DNA from: Treponema sp.
GTDB taxonomy: Bacteria; Spirochaetota; Spirochaetia; Treponematales; Breznakiellaceae
DNA length: 40,978 nt
Assembly (NCBI GenBank): GCA_031261385.1
Contig: JAISJS010000117.1
Span: forward strand, 1 to 40,978
Direction: 5' to 3'
The notes beneath the pieces are model-generated. The model was not told the DNA's origin. It saw only the letters and a program-made list of their open reading frames with translations, and searched no databases. The translations under genes were made by a program, and so were the position numbers. Of the stretch, positions 1-7,806 are shown in pieces. Position 1 is the stretch's first letter; each line of letters opens with the position of its first letter.

Positions 1-399
1 AAGGGCGTCAGGGTGGAATTGGGTAGCCAGTTTTCGGTAAGCGGATTTAATTTCTTCAGGCGTTGCATCGGATTTAATACCCAATAATTCCCAGGGAGAA
101 AGTTCATGGGGGATAGACCCCCGGGCCTTGCTGTTTCCGAAATTGTCATTGGGCAGCCCGGCAGTATGGTAACGTTCCTGCTTATCAGAACTTTCCGGAT
201 TTTCATAATCATCAATTTTCCCGTGATCCTGCCTGAGCTGAACCAAAACTTCCTGAGTCAGATACCCCAACACAATGCCGATAAAGAGCCCCGGGATTCC
301 CCCGATAAGCCCAAAAAGGCCCCCCGCCAGGGGGCCCAGCCACAGATGGTGTTTGATGAAAAATTTTTGTACACGCTGCAAAGGGGGCAAATTGTTCAC
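1..399 (-). CDS. J-domain (DnaJ-like) membrane protein, 5' part; gene continues past the left edge
   Basis: Absent from the ORF track (no stop in window). The minus-strand frame is open from GTG 399..397 to base 1 (133 codons). The GTG lies 3 nt after the TAA (405..403) of the upstream gene. Translation: VNNLPPLQRVQKFFIKHHLWLGPLAGGLFGLIGGIPGLFIGIVLGYL (one TM helix) ... SPWELLGIKSDATPEEIKSAYRKLATQFHPDAL. This is J-domain helices I-II with the HPD tripeptide. There is no in-frame ATG, so the exact start is uncertain. Confidence 0.6.
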   Translation of the reverse strand, partial: MNNLPPLQRVQKFFIKHHLWLGPLAGGLFGLIGGIPGLFIGIVLGYLTQEVLVQLRQDHGKIDDYENPESSDKQERYHTAGLPNDNFGNSKARGSIPHELSPWELLGIKSDATPEEIKSAYRKLATQFHPDAL

Positions 400-402
400 G
401 TT

Positions 403-2196
403 TTATCCGCGCTGGGCGGCAAGAAATATAAGCGAAAGAATAAAAAACACCGCTATCCCAACGATAAAGACCACCAGTGCAAGGGAAAATCCCAGGGAAA
501 TCACCGCCCAAATTCCCAGCGTGTTAAGAAGATTGCGGTACAGCAGGGTCAGCCCGTTGAAAACCAGGGGCAGTATGGGAAGCATCGGGATAAAAATATA
601 GCGGGGCCGCTTTTTTGCCCGGAAACGCCAGCCTATGATGATCGACAGAATCGCCATGGGGAGGAAAAACAGCGGGAAACTCAGACGATTAAGAATCTCC
701 GCTTCAAAAACTTCGGGGATGTAACCGGCACGTTTAAGATTTTGCGATGCACTCATCAGTTCGCTCATCTGAAGGTTTTCAAGTCCCCTTCGTACCCGGG
801 TAAGGAGGAGAAAATCATTGTACTTGAGGTTCAGCATCAGTTGGGCGCCCCCGGCATTGCCTGTCCGGCTATTGTTTTGTCCCGTGCCGGTTACAACAGG
901 TTCCCAGCGCCGGTTCCGGTCATTGCGATCCAGGGCCCGCATCAGAATCAGCACACGGTTCTCGCCGTCCAGGGTTATGGGGAGAATCTTTGCGTAGGGA
1001 GCTTCAAGCCGGGAAAGCAGTCTGCCGCTGCCGTCAAAGGTCAGGTATTCAAGTCCAATCCCGTATGAATAATCCGAAAAGGTTGAGAGGCTGGTAAACC
1101 GCAGCACCCCCCGTCCGGTTCCCACAGGAAGGGAGAACACCGCGCCGGTAAGAATCTCCCCAAGAGACAGTTCCATTTCTTCGATAAAAAAGGCAGCTTC
1201 TTTTGTCCCTTTCTCGCTGGCGGCAAGAAAATGCGCCGCATCGGGATCATTGGGGGTTAATTCGGAAAGTTCCTGAAAAATGTAAAACGCCAGAATCCAG
1301 TCGCCCGAAACCATCGCCTCATAGCCGGATCGTTTTAAGCGAAAAATCGAGAAAAGTTCGTTTTCACGGGAATTGGGGGATACTGATTCGATGGCGTTCC
1401 AGGCCCTGCCGGCAAGCCGGGCGGCGCTTGCCGCCTCGGGGCTTCCCTCTTTTGCCAGGCGCCCTGCCAGAGTTGCAAGCCAATGCGCGTCAAAGGGGCG
1501 CTCCTCCTGTAACGCGGCTTCTCCCATAGTCAGGGCGTCGATTGCGACAAGCGGCTGTCCCTGGCCGGGCAATGCCGAAACATCGGCGCGCCGGGTTTCC
1601 ACAGCCTCGGTCCGGGATGCGGCAAGCGCCGCCTCTTCTTCAAAACGATATGTTTCAAGCTGAATGGAAATTTCGGTTTTGATCTTCTCCATCTCGGGAC
1701 TGTTTTCCCATATCCGTTCGCAAATGGCGGAAAATTGGGCGGCCTCCAGCCATTCGCCCGCCTTGCTGTGACTCTGCGTCTGTTCCTTTGCCAGCCGGTA
1801 CAGGTTCCCCTGATAGCGCATATTCTCCTCAGAATCCCTTACCACAGGCAGAACCAGAAAAAAGAGAAGGCCGTATACGGCGGCGGCGCAGATGCTGGTA
1901 ATAATCGGGCCCTTAACCCGCTGGAAAAACTGCGGTGAAAACCGGGCATACTCCTCCTCCAAATCCGAAGGTTGTCCAAAGGGGATGACCAGCGCCGACA
2001 TTGCCAGGGCGGGGAAAAGGGTAAGTACGTCCAGCAGGCCCCGGATAAGCCGCCAGTTCCGGGAAAAAAGCGGGATAGGCGCCGTCTCACCGGGAAAAAT
2101 AAACCGGAACCCCATAATAATAAGACCGGCGAGAATCATGTAGATGATAAAAATCCCCGGCGGGGAAAAGATTGTTTCTTTATTAATCTTCTTCAT
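403..2196 (-). CDS. multi-pass membrane protein with LptF/LptG (YjgP/YjgQ)-like permease topology and a large helical insert
   Basis: 597-aa ORF with ATG at 2196 and a 14-nt overlap with the upstream gene. Three N-terminal and three C-terminal TM helices flank a large soluble region. The C-terminal stretch EAEILNRLSFPLFFLPMAILSIIIGWRFRAKKRPRY resembles the conserved LptF/G helix-4 region. Family call is by recollection only. Confidence 0.4.
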   Translation of the reverse strand: MKKINKETIFSPPGIFIIYMILAGLIIMGFRFIFPGETAPIPLFSRNWRLIRGLLDVLTLFPALAMSALVIPFGQPSDLEEEYARFSPQFFQRVKGPIITSICAAAVYGLLFFLVLPVVRDSEENMRYQGNLYRLAKEQTQSHSKAGEWLEAAQFSAICERIWENSPEMEKIKTEISIQLETYRFEEEAALAASRTEAVETRRADVSALPGQGQPLVAIDALTMGEAALQEERPFDAHWLATLAGRLAKEGSPEAASAARLAGRAWNAIESVSPNSRENELFSIFRLKRSGYEAMVSGDWILAFYIFQELSELTPNDPDAAHFLAASEKGTKEAAFFIEEMELSLGEILTGAVFSLPVGTGRGVLRFTSLSTFSDYSYGIGLEYLTFDGSGRLLSRLEAPYAKILPITLDGENRVLILMRALDRNDRNRRWEPVVTGTGQNNSRTGNAGGAQLMLNLKYNDFLLLTRVRRGLENLQMSELMSASQNLKRAGYIPEVFEAEILNRLSFPLFFLPMAILSIIIGWRFRAKKRPRYIFIPMLPILPLVFNGLTLLYRNLLNTLGIWAVISLGFSLALVVFIVGIAVFFILSLIFLAAQRG

Positions 2197-3142
2197 CGGC
2201 GCGCCTTTTTGCCAGATACACCAGAATGCTGTAGAGGTCTACCAAAACCCCGAAAAAGCAAAAAACCAGGGGGACCGTCCATGACAGGGGAAAACGGTTT
2301 CCGAGAAACGATGCAAAAAGATCCTGTGTCTCCGGGGAATTTAAAAAAGTTTCCGCCGCCAGAATGCCCCGGAAGGCAAGAGCCCCCAAAAAAAGGTTCG
2401 CCAGGGGCCAGTGACTCAAACGAAGCACAAAACCCAGGCTGGCAAGCAGAAAAATCACCGACCCCGCATAAATAAGAAAGGGGATAACCCCCTCCCTGAG
2501 CCGTGACTCAAACTGCCTGGCGCTCAGAGAAAAATCTATAGCTATGCTTTTTAAAAACCACGGCGATTCATCCCGAAACGGGACCGGCGGCAGGCTGAGG
2601 ATACTGTTGTCCGGGCCAACGGGCTGTTCCTGGTAGACCAGTTGGCGGCCGGGAATAGCAGCTGCCCGCGGCCCGCGGACATCTGTCGGTTCTCCAAGGA
2701 GCACAATCGCGTTATCCCCCTGCATCAAAATAAGCCCGGGCCCGCCCAGCGGTTTTTGGGTATCGCGGGCAGGCGGCATAGTTCCAAGCCGGTCAAGGCC
2801 CAGCGACACGGCAAAACTGAATCCCAGAATAAAAACGATGATGGCGATAACGGCAACAGGGGTAAACAGCGGCCGCTTCCGGGCCCGGCGGTTTGTGAAT
2901 GAGGGTATTCCTGTCAATCTTCTATCAGAATAGCTTAAACCCAGCAGTATGGAAAAATAGACGGCAAAAGGCAGCGCCCACCGGGCGGCGGAGATAAATT
3001 CCGGCAGCATTGCCTCCGGCCGCGCAGGCAAAACCCGCGCCCAATCAATGCGCAGGCCAACGTATCGCAGGCCCGCCGCCGAAATGAACAATACGGCAAA
3101 GCAGAGACTTAAAAAAAGCGCCAGCCGGGCCAAATTTTTCAC
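2183..3142 (-). CDS. membrane protein, LptF/LptG-like topology (3 TM, periplasmic domain, 3 TM)
   Basis: 319-aa ORF with a GTG start at 3142. It overlaps the next gene by 14 nt, so it is an operon partner of 403..2196. TM pattern and length are compatible with an LptG-type permease. No diagnostic motif was recognised. Confidence 0.35.
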   Translation of the reverse strand: MKNLARLALFLSLCFAVLFISAAGLRYVGLRIDWARVLPARPEAMLPEFISAARWALPFAVYFSILLGLSYSDRRLTGIPSFTNRRARKRPLFTPVAVIAIIVFILGFSFAVSLGLDRLGTMPPARDTQKPLGGPGLILMQGDNAIVLLGEPTDVRGPRAAAIPGRQLVYQEQPVGPDNSILSLPPVPFRDESPWFLKSIAIDFSLSARQFESRLREGVIPFLIYAGSVIFLLASLGFVLRLSHWPLANLFLGALAFRGILAAETFLNSPETQDLFASFLGNRFPLSWTVPLVFCFFGVLVDLYSILVYLAKRRADEED

Positions 3143-3500
3143 TCTATAAGCCTACCACGCGGCAAGCGCTAATGCAAGTCGTTAGATTTTGTCCATAACG
3201 GAGAAAATCTCCTTTGCTTTTCAACATCTTATCCACAAGTCAAATTATGCAATACTCACAATTTTTGTAGTTTTTTTGATTGTAAGGGCAAATTTTAATT
3301 ACCGATGCAATTTATTCCAATAAAATAACACGGTAACTCTATATATTATAAGGAATTAGATGAATGTCAACGCTTCGTCATGTAATGGAAAAAATAAACC
3401 TGTATAAAAATGGATACATAGCGCAGGTTGTTCAGATATTATTAACATCTTTTCCACAGAACATGCGAAACAATTGTTTATTATGGATTTTAACCGAAGC

Positions 3501-4052
3501 TTACCCGAGAAAAACCTGTCCGGCGTTATCAATGGCAAGAATAGTCTTACACTCCGAACAGCGGAACCGTCCCGGCTTGAGTGCTTTGAGTTTCTTTGAG
3601 CAGATGGGGCAGGCAAAAACCTTGGGGAACAGAGAGACAGACTCCGACGAAGATCCGCTGCGGAAAAAGTTAACGGAATCATCCAGGTTATCTTTGATGT
3701 TGAAAAATTGGGAGAACCCGAGCAGCTGGAAGACTTCGTAAACTTTGGGCTGTATTTCAAGGAGTACCAAATCCCCGCCCCGGGGTTTTACCGATTTGAG
3801 AAAAGCGGTAAAAGATCCAATGCCGGTGGAGGAGACATAGTTAAGGCCTCCGCACTGGAAAACAAGGCGGATGAACCCCCCCTCAATAGCCTTTTGAACC
3901 CTCTTCTGAAAATAATTGGAATTATATGTGTCAATGTAACCGGTAAGATACAGGACAAGACAACCCTCAACTTCACTTACCTTTTGAAGCTTTATTTTGA
4001 GGCTCTCATCTTTCTCGTCGTCAAATCCGGGAACGATATCATTATTTGTCAT
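3501..4052 (-). CDS. STAS-domain anti-sigma-factor antagonist (SpoIIAA-like) fused to a C-terminal 4-Cys zinc ribbon
   Basis: 183 aa. STAS pattern: LVLYLTGYIDTYNSNYF...LVFQCGGLNYVSSTGIGSF...LLEIQPKVYEVFQLLGF, with Ser/Thr at the phospho-site position (VSSTG). The C-terminus carries CPICS...CSEC. An AAGGAAG Shine-Dalgarno lies just upstream of ATG 4052. Confidence 0.75.
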   Translation of the reverse strand: MTNNDIVPGFDDEKDESLKIKLQKVSEVEGCLVLYLTGYIDTYNSNYFQKRVQKAIEGGFIRLVFQCGGLNYVSSTGIGSFTAFLKSVKPRGGDLVLLEIQPKVYEVFQLLGFSQFFNIKDNLDDSVNFFRSGSSSESVSLFPKVFACPICSKKLKALKPGRFRCSECKTILAIDNAGQVFLG

Positions 4053-4242
4053 GACGCTTCCTTACATTCATAATCCGTTCGCTCATAACAGATTATTCCA
4101 TATTCACCAACTAGATTCAATATCGGCAGTTAGCCTATCTTCACATGATACCCATTTGATAACTTTTTGTCAACAGGTTTACCATCGTAATCACACCCCT
4201 TACTAACCAGTATATTACAGATTATGAAATTAACAATATTTT

Positions 4243-4251
4243 TGGTATAAT
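4243..4251 (+). promoter_or_regulatory. extended -10 promoter element (TGgTATAAT) for trmJ
   Basis: TG at 4243..4244 and TATAAT at 4246..4251. Only 5 nt separate it from ATG 4257 and there is no Shine-Dalgarno. Confidence 0.45.
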
Positions 4252-4256
4252 AATAT

Positions 4257-5045
4257 ATGGTTTTATCTGATTTTATGATTATCCTTTGCCGGCCTTCCGA
4301 GCCGGGGAACGTGGGGGCCGTGTGCCGGGCGATGAAAAATATGGGCCTTTCCCGCCTGCGGATAGTCTTGCCCCGGAAAGCCGAATTGCCCCCCGGTTTA
4401 CCGCCCCAGGCGGCGCTTGATCAGGGGCTCCTCCGGGCCAGGGCGGTCCATGCGGAGGATGTATGGGAAAATGCCCGGTTTTTTGATTCCCTGGACGAGG
4501 CGGCGGCGGACTGCTCCCTGCTGATTGGAACCACCCGGCGGCGGGGCCGTCACCGGAAAAACGTCACCCTGGACCCGGTCAGCCTTATGTCCTGGCTCAA
4601 GGAGCGTTTGCCCTCCGGACCCATAGCCCTTGTTTTTGGTAACGAACGCACAGGATTGGAGGATGCAGAGCTGGATCTCTGTAATATTGCCTCTCATGTC
4701 CCCGTGTCAGCCGACTTTCCGTCATTGAACCTCTCCCATGCCGTGCAAATTTACGCCTATGAACTTTTTAAAACCTTCGGCCTCCCTGCCCAACGGGACG
4801 GCGCCGGCCCGGATGGAATAAAAGGGGAATGGATACCCCTGGACAGGTCCCGTGTTGACACGTTAACCGCCGAAATTACCAATACACTTGAATCGCTGGG
4901 GTTTTACAAAAACCCCGGCAGGGAGGAGCAGGCCCGGTTTCTTAGAGACCTGATTTCCCGGGCCGGCCTGACCGGGCGGGAAGGGAAATATTTCAGCGAT
5001 ATTCTGTGTAAATCTGCCCGCCTGCAGTATCAAAATGAGGGATAG
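4257..5045 (+). CDS. trmJ: SpoU-class tRNA/rRNA 2'-O-methyltransferase, TrmJ/LasT-like
   Basis: 262 aa. The N-terminal IILCRPSEPGNVGAVCRAMKNMGL and the later LVFGNERTGL...SLNLSHAVQIYAYEL are the SpoU/TrmH motifs in the TrmJ arrangement. An alternative start is ATG 4275. Confidence 0.75.
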   Translation: MVLSDFMIILCRPSEPGNVGAVCRAMKNMGLSRLRIVLPRKAELPPGLPPQAALDQGLLRARAVHAEDVWENARFFDSLDEAAADCSLLIGTTRRRGRHRKNVTLDPVSLMSWLKERLPSGPIALVFGNERTGLEDAELDLCNIASHVPVSADFPSLNLSHAVQIYAYELFKTFGLPAQRDGAGPDGIKGEWIPLDRSRVDTLTAEITNTLESLGFYKNPGREEQARFLRDLISRAGLTGREGKYFSDILCKSARLQYQNEG

Positions 5046-5078
5046 CTTTCCCGGTCAATAATTGGTATTATTTTACTG

Positions 5079-5186
5079 CCCCGCAGTCAGGAACCATGCG
5101 AGGAGAGACCGCCCAACCCCGCCAGGTCCGGAAGGAAGCAACGGCAAGTGGTTTTCTTCTGCGCCGTGGCCTCCCTGTCTGCGGGG
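5079..5186 (+). ncRNA. ffs: signal recognition particle RNA (small, 4.5S type)
   Basis: Contains the conserved domain-IV core CCAGGTCCGGAAGGAAGCAAC (GGAA tetraloop context). The 5' end CCCCGCAG (5079..5086) pairs perfectly with the 3' end CTGCGGGG (5179..5186), giving a ~108-nt rod. An extended -10 element TGgTATTAT (5063..5071) sits 7 nt upstream. It lies directly upstream of dnaX-ybaB-recR, a known conserved neighbourhood. Confidence 0.85.
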
Positions 5187-5201
5187 CGTATTGATAAAGG
5201 C

Positions 5202-5230
5202 TTACAAAAAAACCTCCCGGTGAGTATACT
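5202..5230 (+). promoter_or_regulatory. sigma70-type promoter of dnaX (TTACAA-17-TATACT)
   Basis: -35 TTACAA at 5202..5207, 17-nt spacer, -10 TATACT at 5225..5230. ATG 5237 follows after 6 nt with no Shine-Dalgarno. Confidence 0.5.
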
Positions 5231-5236
5231 ATAAAT

Positions 5237-6811
5237 ATGGCAGATACAGCGGCCGGTAACTATGAAGTAACCGCCACAAAACGGCGCCCCAAAACCTTTG
5301 ACGAGCTGGCGGGGCAGGAATTTGTTGTTTCAACCCTGAAAAATTCCCTGGAAAGCGGGAAGATTGCCCATGCCTACCTTTTTTCCGGGCCGCGGGGCTG
5401 CGGTAAAACCAGCGCCGCCCGAATCCTCGCCCGGTCGCTGAATTGTGAAAAAGGCCCCACCGCCAGTCCCTGCGGGGTATGTGCAAATTGCCATGAAATC
5501 AGCCAGGGTTCCAGCATGGACGTCATCGAAATTGACGGGGCTTCCAATAACGGCGTTGAAAGTGTGCGCCAGATCAAAGACGAAGTTCTTTTCCCCCCCA
5601 ACTCAGGGAAGTACAAAGTTTATATCATCGACGAAGTCCACATGCTTTCCCCCAGCGCCTTTAACGCCCTCCTAAAAACCATTGAGGAACCGCCGCCGTA
5701 TATTGTTTTTATTTTTGCAACTACGGAACGCCACAAGGTTCCCGCGACGATCAAAAGCCGTTGTCAGCAATTTGCCTTCCGGCTGATCCCCATCGAAATG
5801 ATTCGGGACATCCTGAAAAAAGTCTGCGCCGAAAACGGCATACAGGCCGAGGATGACGCCCTGTTCTGGATTGCCCGCGAATCTACCGGCAGCCTCCGTG
5901 ACGCCTTTACCCTTTTTGATCAGGTGGCGGCGTTTTCCGGCGGGCATATCCGGAGTCAGCTTATACGAGAAAAGCTCGGCCTTGTCGGGCTCGAAAAACT
6001 TAACAGCCTGGCAGAGGCCTGCGCCGCCAACGATACCCCGGCGGCTTTCACTCAGATCGATGAACTTCTTTCGCAGGGAGTTGCCATTGAGCAGTTCATC
6101 ATCGATCTGGCAGGGTATTATCGGAGCCTGCTCCTCCTGAAAAACGGCGTCACCCGTGAAAGCCTGCTCGGTTACAGCGCCGATCTTTTTTCCGCCAAAG
6201 TTCTCGACGGCCTTGATTCGATACGGCTTGAACAGGCCCTCCAGCTCCTCCTTACCTGTTACCGCGATATCCGTTATTCGGTCTCACCGCGCTTTGAACT
6301 TGAAGCAGCGGTCTCCAAACTTTCATGGCTTACCCGCTGGGTAACACCTGCGGAACTCAAGATGGCAGTTGACGGGGCGCGGCAGGCGCTTTCAACAGGA
6401 TCGACCGGATCGGGGGGAGGCGTATCAAACCGCCCTTTAGTACAGGGGGTTAACGGCCCCCCTGCAGCCGCAGGATCCCAGGCAGGTGCCCGGAATACTG
6501 CGGCGAGTCCAGCACAGATGCAAACCGATCATTCCCATAACACGTATGCCCCGGGCGAGATCCGCTCATTATCCGAAGATTTTCAGCGTATGATTGCCCG
6601 GAAAGCCCAGGGTCAAAATGAAATAACAGATGATGATGACGATCCGCCCTGGCGGAGTAAATTTTCCGGGAATGAAGAAGGCAATGCGCCGGAACAGGCG
6701 GCTTTTCCACAGCAAAACGAAATAAACCCCCAGGTACAAACGGTGCTCCGTGTGTTTCCGGGATCGATAGAAATGACAGATGGAGCAGACGATGAACATC
6801 AATCCTTTTGA
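5237..6811 (+). CDS. dnaX: DNA polymerase III subunit gamma/tau
   Basis: 524 aa. Walker A GPRGCGKTSAARILARSLNC, zinc-module cysteines CGVCANC, DEVHML, and sensor SRCQQF. The C-terminal third is low-complexity, as is usual for tau. Confidence 0.95.
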   Translation: MADTAAGNYEVTATKRRPKTFDELAGQEFVVSTLKNSLESGKIAHAYLFSGPRGCGKTSAARILARSLNCEKGPTASPCGVCANCHEISQGSSMDVIEIDGASNNGVESVRQIKDEVLFPPNSGKYKVYIIDEVHMLSPSAFNALLKTIEEPPPYIVFIFATTERHKVPATIKSRCQQFAFRLIPIEMIRDILKKVCAENGIQAEDDALFWIARESTGSLRDAFTLFDQVAAFSGGHIRSQLIREKLGLVGLEKLNSLAEACAANDTPAAFTQIDELLSQGVAIEQFIIDLAGYYRSLLLLKNGVTRESLLGYSADLFSAKVLDGLDSIRLEQALQLLLTCYRDIRYSVSPRFELEAAVSKLSWLTRWVTPAELKMAVDGARQALSTGSTGSGGGVSNRPLVQGVNGPPAAAGSQAGARNTAASPAQMQTDHSHNTYAPGEIRSLSEDFQRMIARKAQGQNEITDDDDDPPWRSKFSGNEEGNAPEQAAFPQQNEINPQVQTVLRVFPGSIEMTDGADDEHQSF

Positions 6812-7139
6812 TATTTTAAAAAACGCCGAAAAAATTCAGGAACAAATGGGCGCCTTCCAGGAAAAGCTTGGAACCATACGCGTAACGGGATCAGCCGGAG
6901 GCGGCATGGTCGAGGTAGACATCAACGGCAAAATGGAAGTTCTTGCCGTGCGGATTGCGCCGGAAGCGGTCGATGCAAAAGATATTGATATGCTCCAGGA
7001 CCTGGTAGCGGCGGCCTTTACCAGCGGCATGGAAAAAATTCGGGAACAAACAAGTCAGGAAATGGGCGCCATGGCCGGCGGCCTGGGAATTTCCGGTATA
7101 CCCGGCTTAAACGGCGCAGGTTTTCCGGGGCAGCCGTGA
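6792..7139 (+). CDS. ybaB: YbaB/EbfC family nucleoid-associated protein
   Basis: MNINPFDILKNAEKIQEQMGAFQEKL...VTGSAGGGMVEVDINGKMEVLAVRIAPEAVD...DLVAAAF is the YbaB signature. GGAG (6782..6785) lies 6 nt before ATG 6792, so this start is preferred over ATG 6780. The gene overlaps the end of dnaX. Confidence 0.9.
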   Translation: MNINPFDILKNAEKIQEQMGAFQEKLGTIRVTGSAGGGMVEVDINGKMEVLAVRIAPEAVDAKDIDMLQDLVAAAFTSGMEKIREQTSQEMGAMAGGLGISGIPGLNGAGFPGQP

Positions 7140-7747
7140 ACATTAATGCCCTGGACCGGCTGACGGCGCTTCTTTCCAAATTGCCGGGGGTCGGGAAAAA
7201 AAGCGCCGGACGTATGGTCTACCACATCCTCGACGGAGATCCCGGTTACGCCCAGACGCTTGCCGCAGAATTGGCGGGACTGCACCAGGCGATCCTCCGC
7301 TGCGGTATCTGCGGCGGCTTCACCGAAACCGATCCTTGCCCCATCTGCTCCGATACAAGCCGTGATCAATCGGTTATTTGCGTTGTTGAACGGGCGCAGG
7401 ACATCAGAATAATAGAGGAATCCCGTGAGTTTCGCGGACTCTTTCATGTACTCGGCGGACTCATTGCGCCCCTTGAAGGAATAGGCCCCGGCAGCCTCAG
7501 CATAGGACGGCTTCTGGGTCGCCTTAAAACCGGAAAAGTCCGCGAGTTGATCCTGGCGCTGAACCCCACCATCGAAGGCGACACCACCGCCCTGTATCTG
7601 CAAAAACTTTTAAAGGATATAAAAACAAGCGATAATTTAAATATCGAAATCACCCGCCTTGCCTCGGGCCTCCCCGTGGGCGGTGATCTTGAATACACCG
7701 ACCGGCTTACCTTGTCGCGGAGTTTCAGGAGCAGGGTCAGATTTTAA
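7136..7747 (+). CDS. recR: recombination protein RecR
   Basis: GTG start in a GTGA overlap with the ybaB stop. HhH motif LPGVGKKSAGRM, zinc finger CGICGGFTETDPCPIC, then Toprim region VVERAQD...EGD. Confidence 0.95.
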   Translation: MNINALDRLTALLSKLPGVGKKSAGRMVYHILDGDPGYAQTLAAELAGLHQAILRCGICGGFTETDPCPICSDTSRDQSVICVVERAQDIRIIEESREFRGLFHVLGGLIAPLEGIGPGSLSIGRLLGRLKTGKVRELILALNPTIEGDTTALYLQKLLKDIKTSDNLNIEITRLASGLPVGGDLEYTDRLTLSRSFRSRVRF

Positions 7748-7771
7748 GCGGTAGTTTCAAAATTACCTCAG

Positions 7772-7800
7772 TTGCCTCTGCTTTCCCCTTATGCTATAAT
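7772..7800 (+). promoter_or_regulatory. sigma70-type promoter (TTGCCT-17-TATAAT) of the PPIase gene
   Basis: -35 at 7772..7777, 17-nt spacer, -10 TATAAT at 7795..7800. ATG 7807 follows after 6 nt with no Shine-Dalgarno. Confidence 0.55.
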
Positions 7801-7806
7801 TAAACT

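Noticed and set aside
106-1068. Long antisense or alternate-frame ORFs inside real genes, for example 106..1068, 1972..2475, 7055..7603, 13567..14304, 18836..19300, 19839..20492, 26838..27455, 31373..32035 and 34923..35684.
   Set aside because: They overlap strongly supported genes on the opposite strand or frame. Their composition is Arg/Pro/Gly-skewed or low-complexity, which is typical of shadow ORFs, and they have no recognisable motifs.
3345-3370. Minus-strand TTGACA (3370..3365) with TATAAT (3350..3345), as the promoter for the permease operon.
   Set aside because: The spacer between the two hexamers is only 14 nt. Alternative -10 choices at 17-18 nt are poor (AATATA/ATATAT).
5816-5822. 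An A6G run (AAAAAAG) inside dnaX, reminiscent of the E. coli gamma/tau -1 frameshift heptamer.
   Set aside because: The zero frame reads CTG AAA AAA GTC, so the heptamer is not in the A_AAA_AAG register. It lies at codon ~194, inside the ATPase/clamp-loader core rather than after domain III. No downstream stem-loop is evident.
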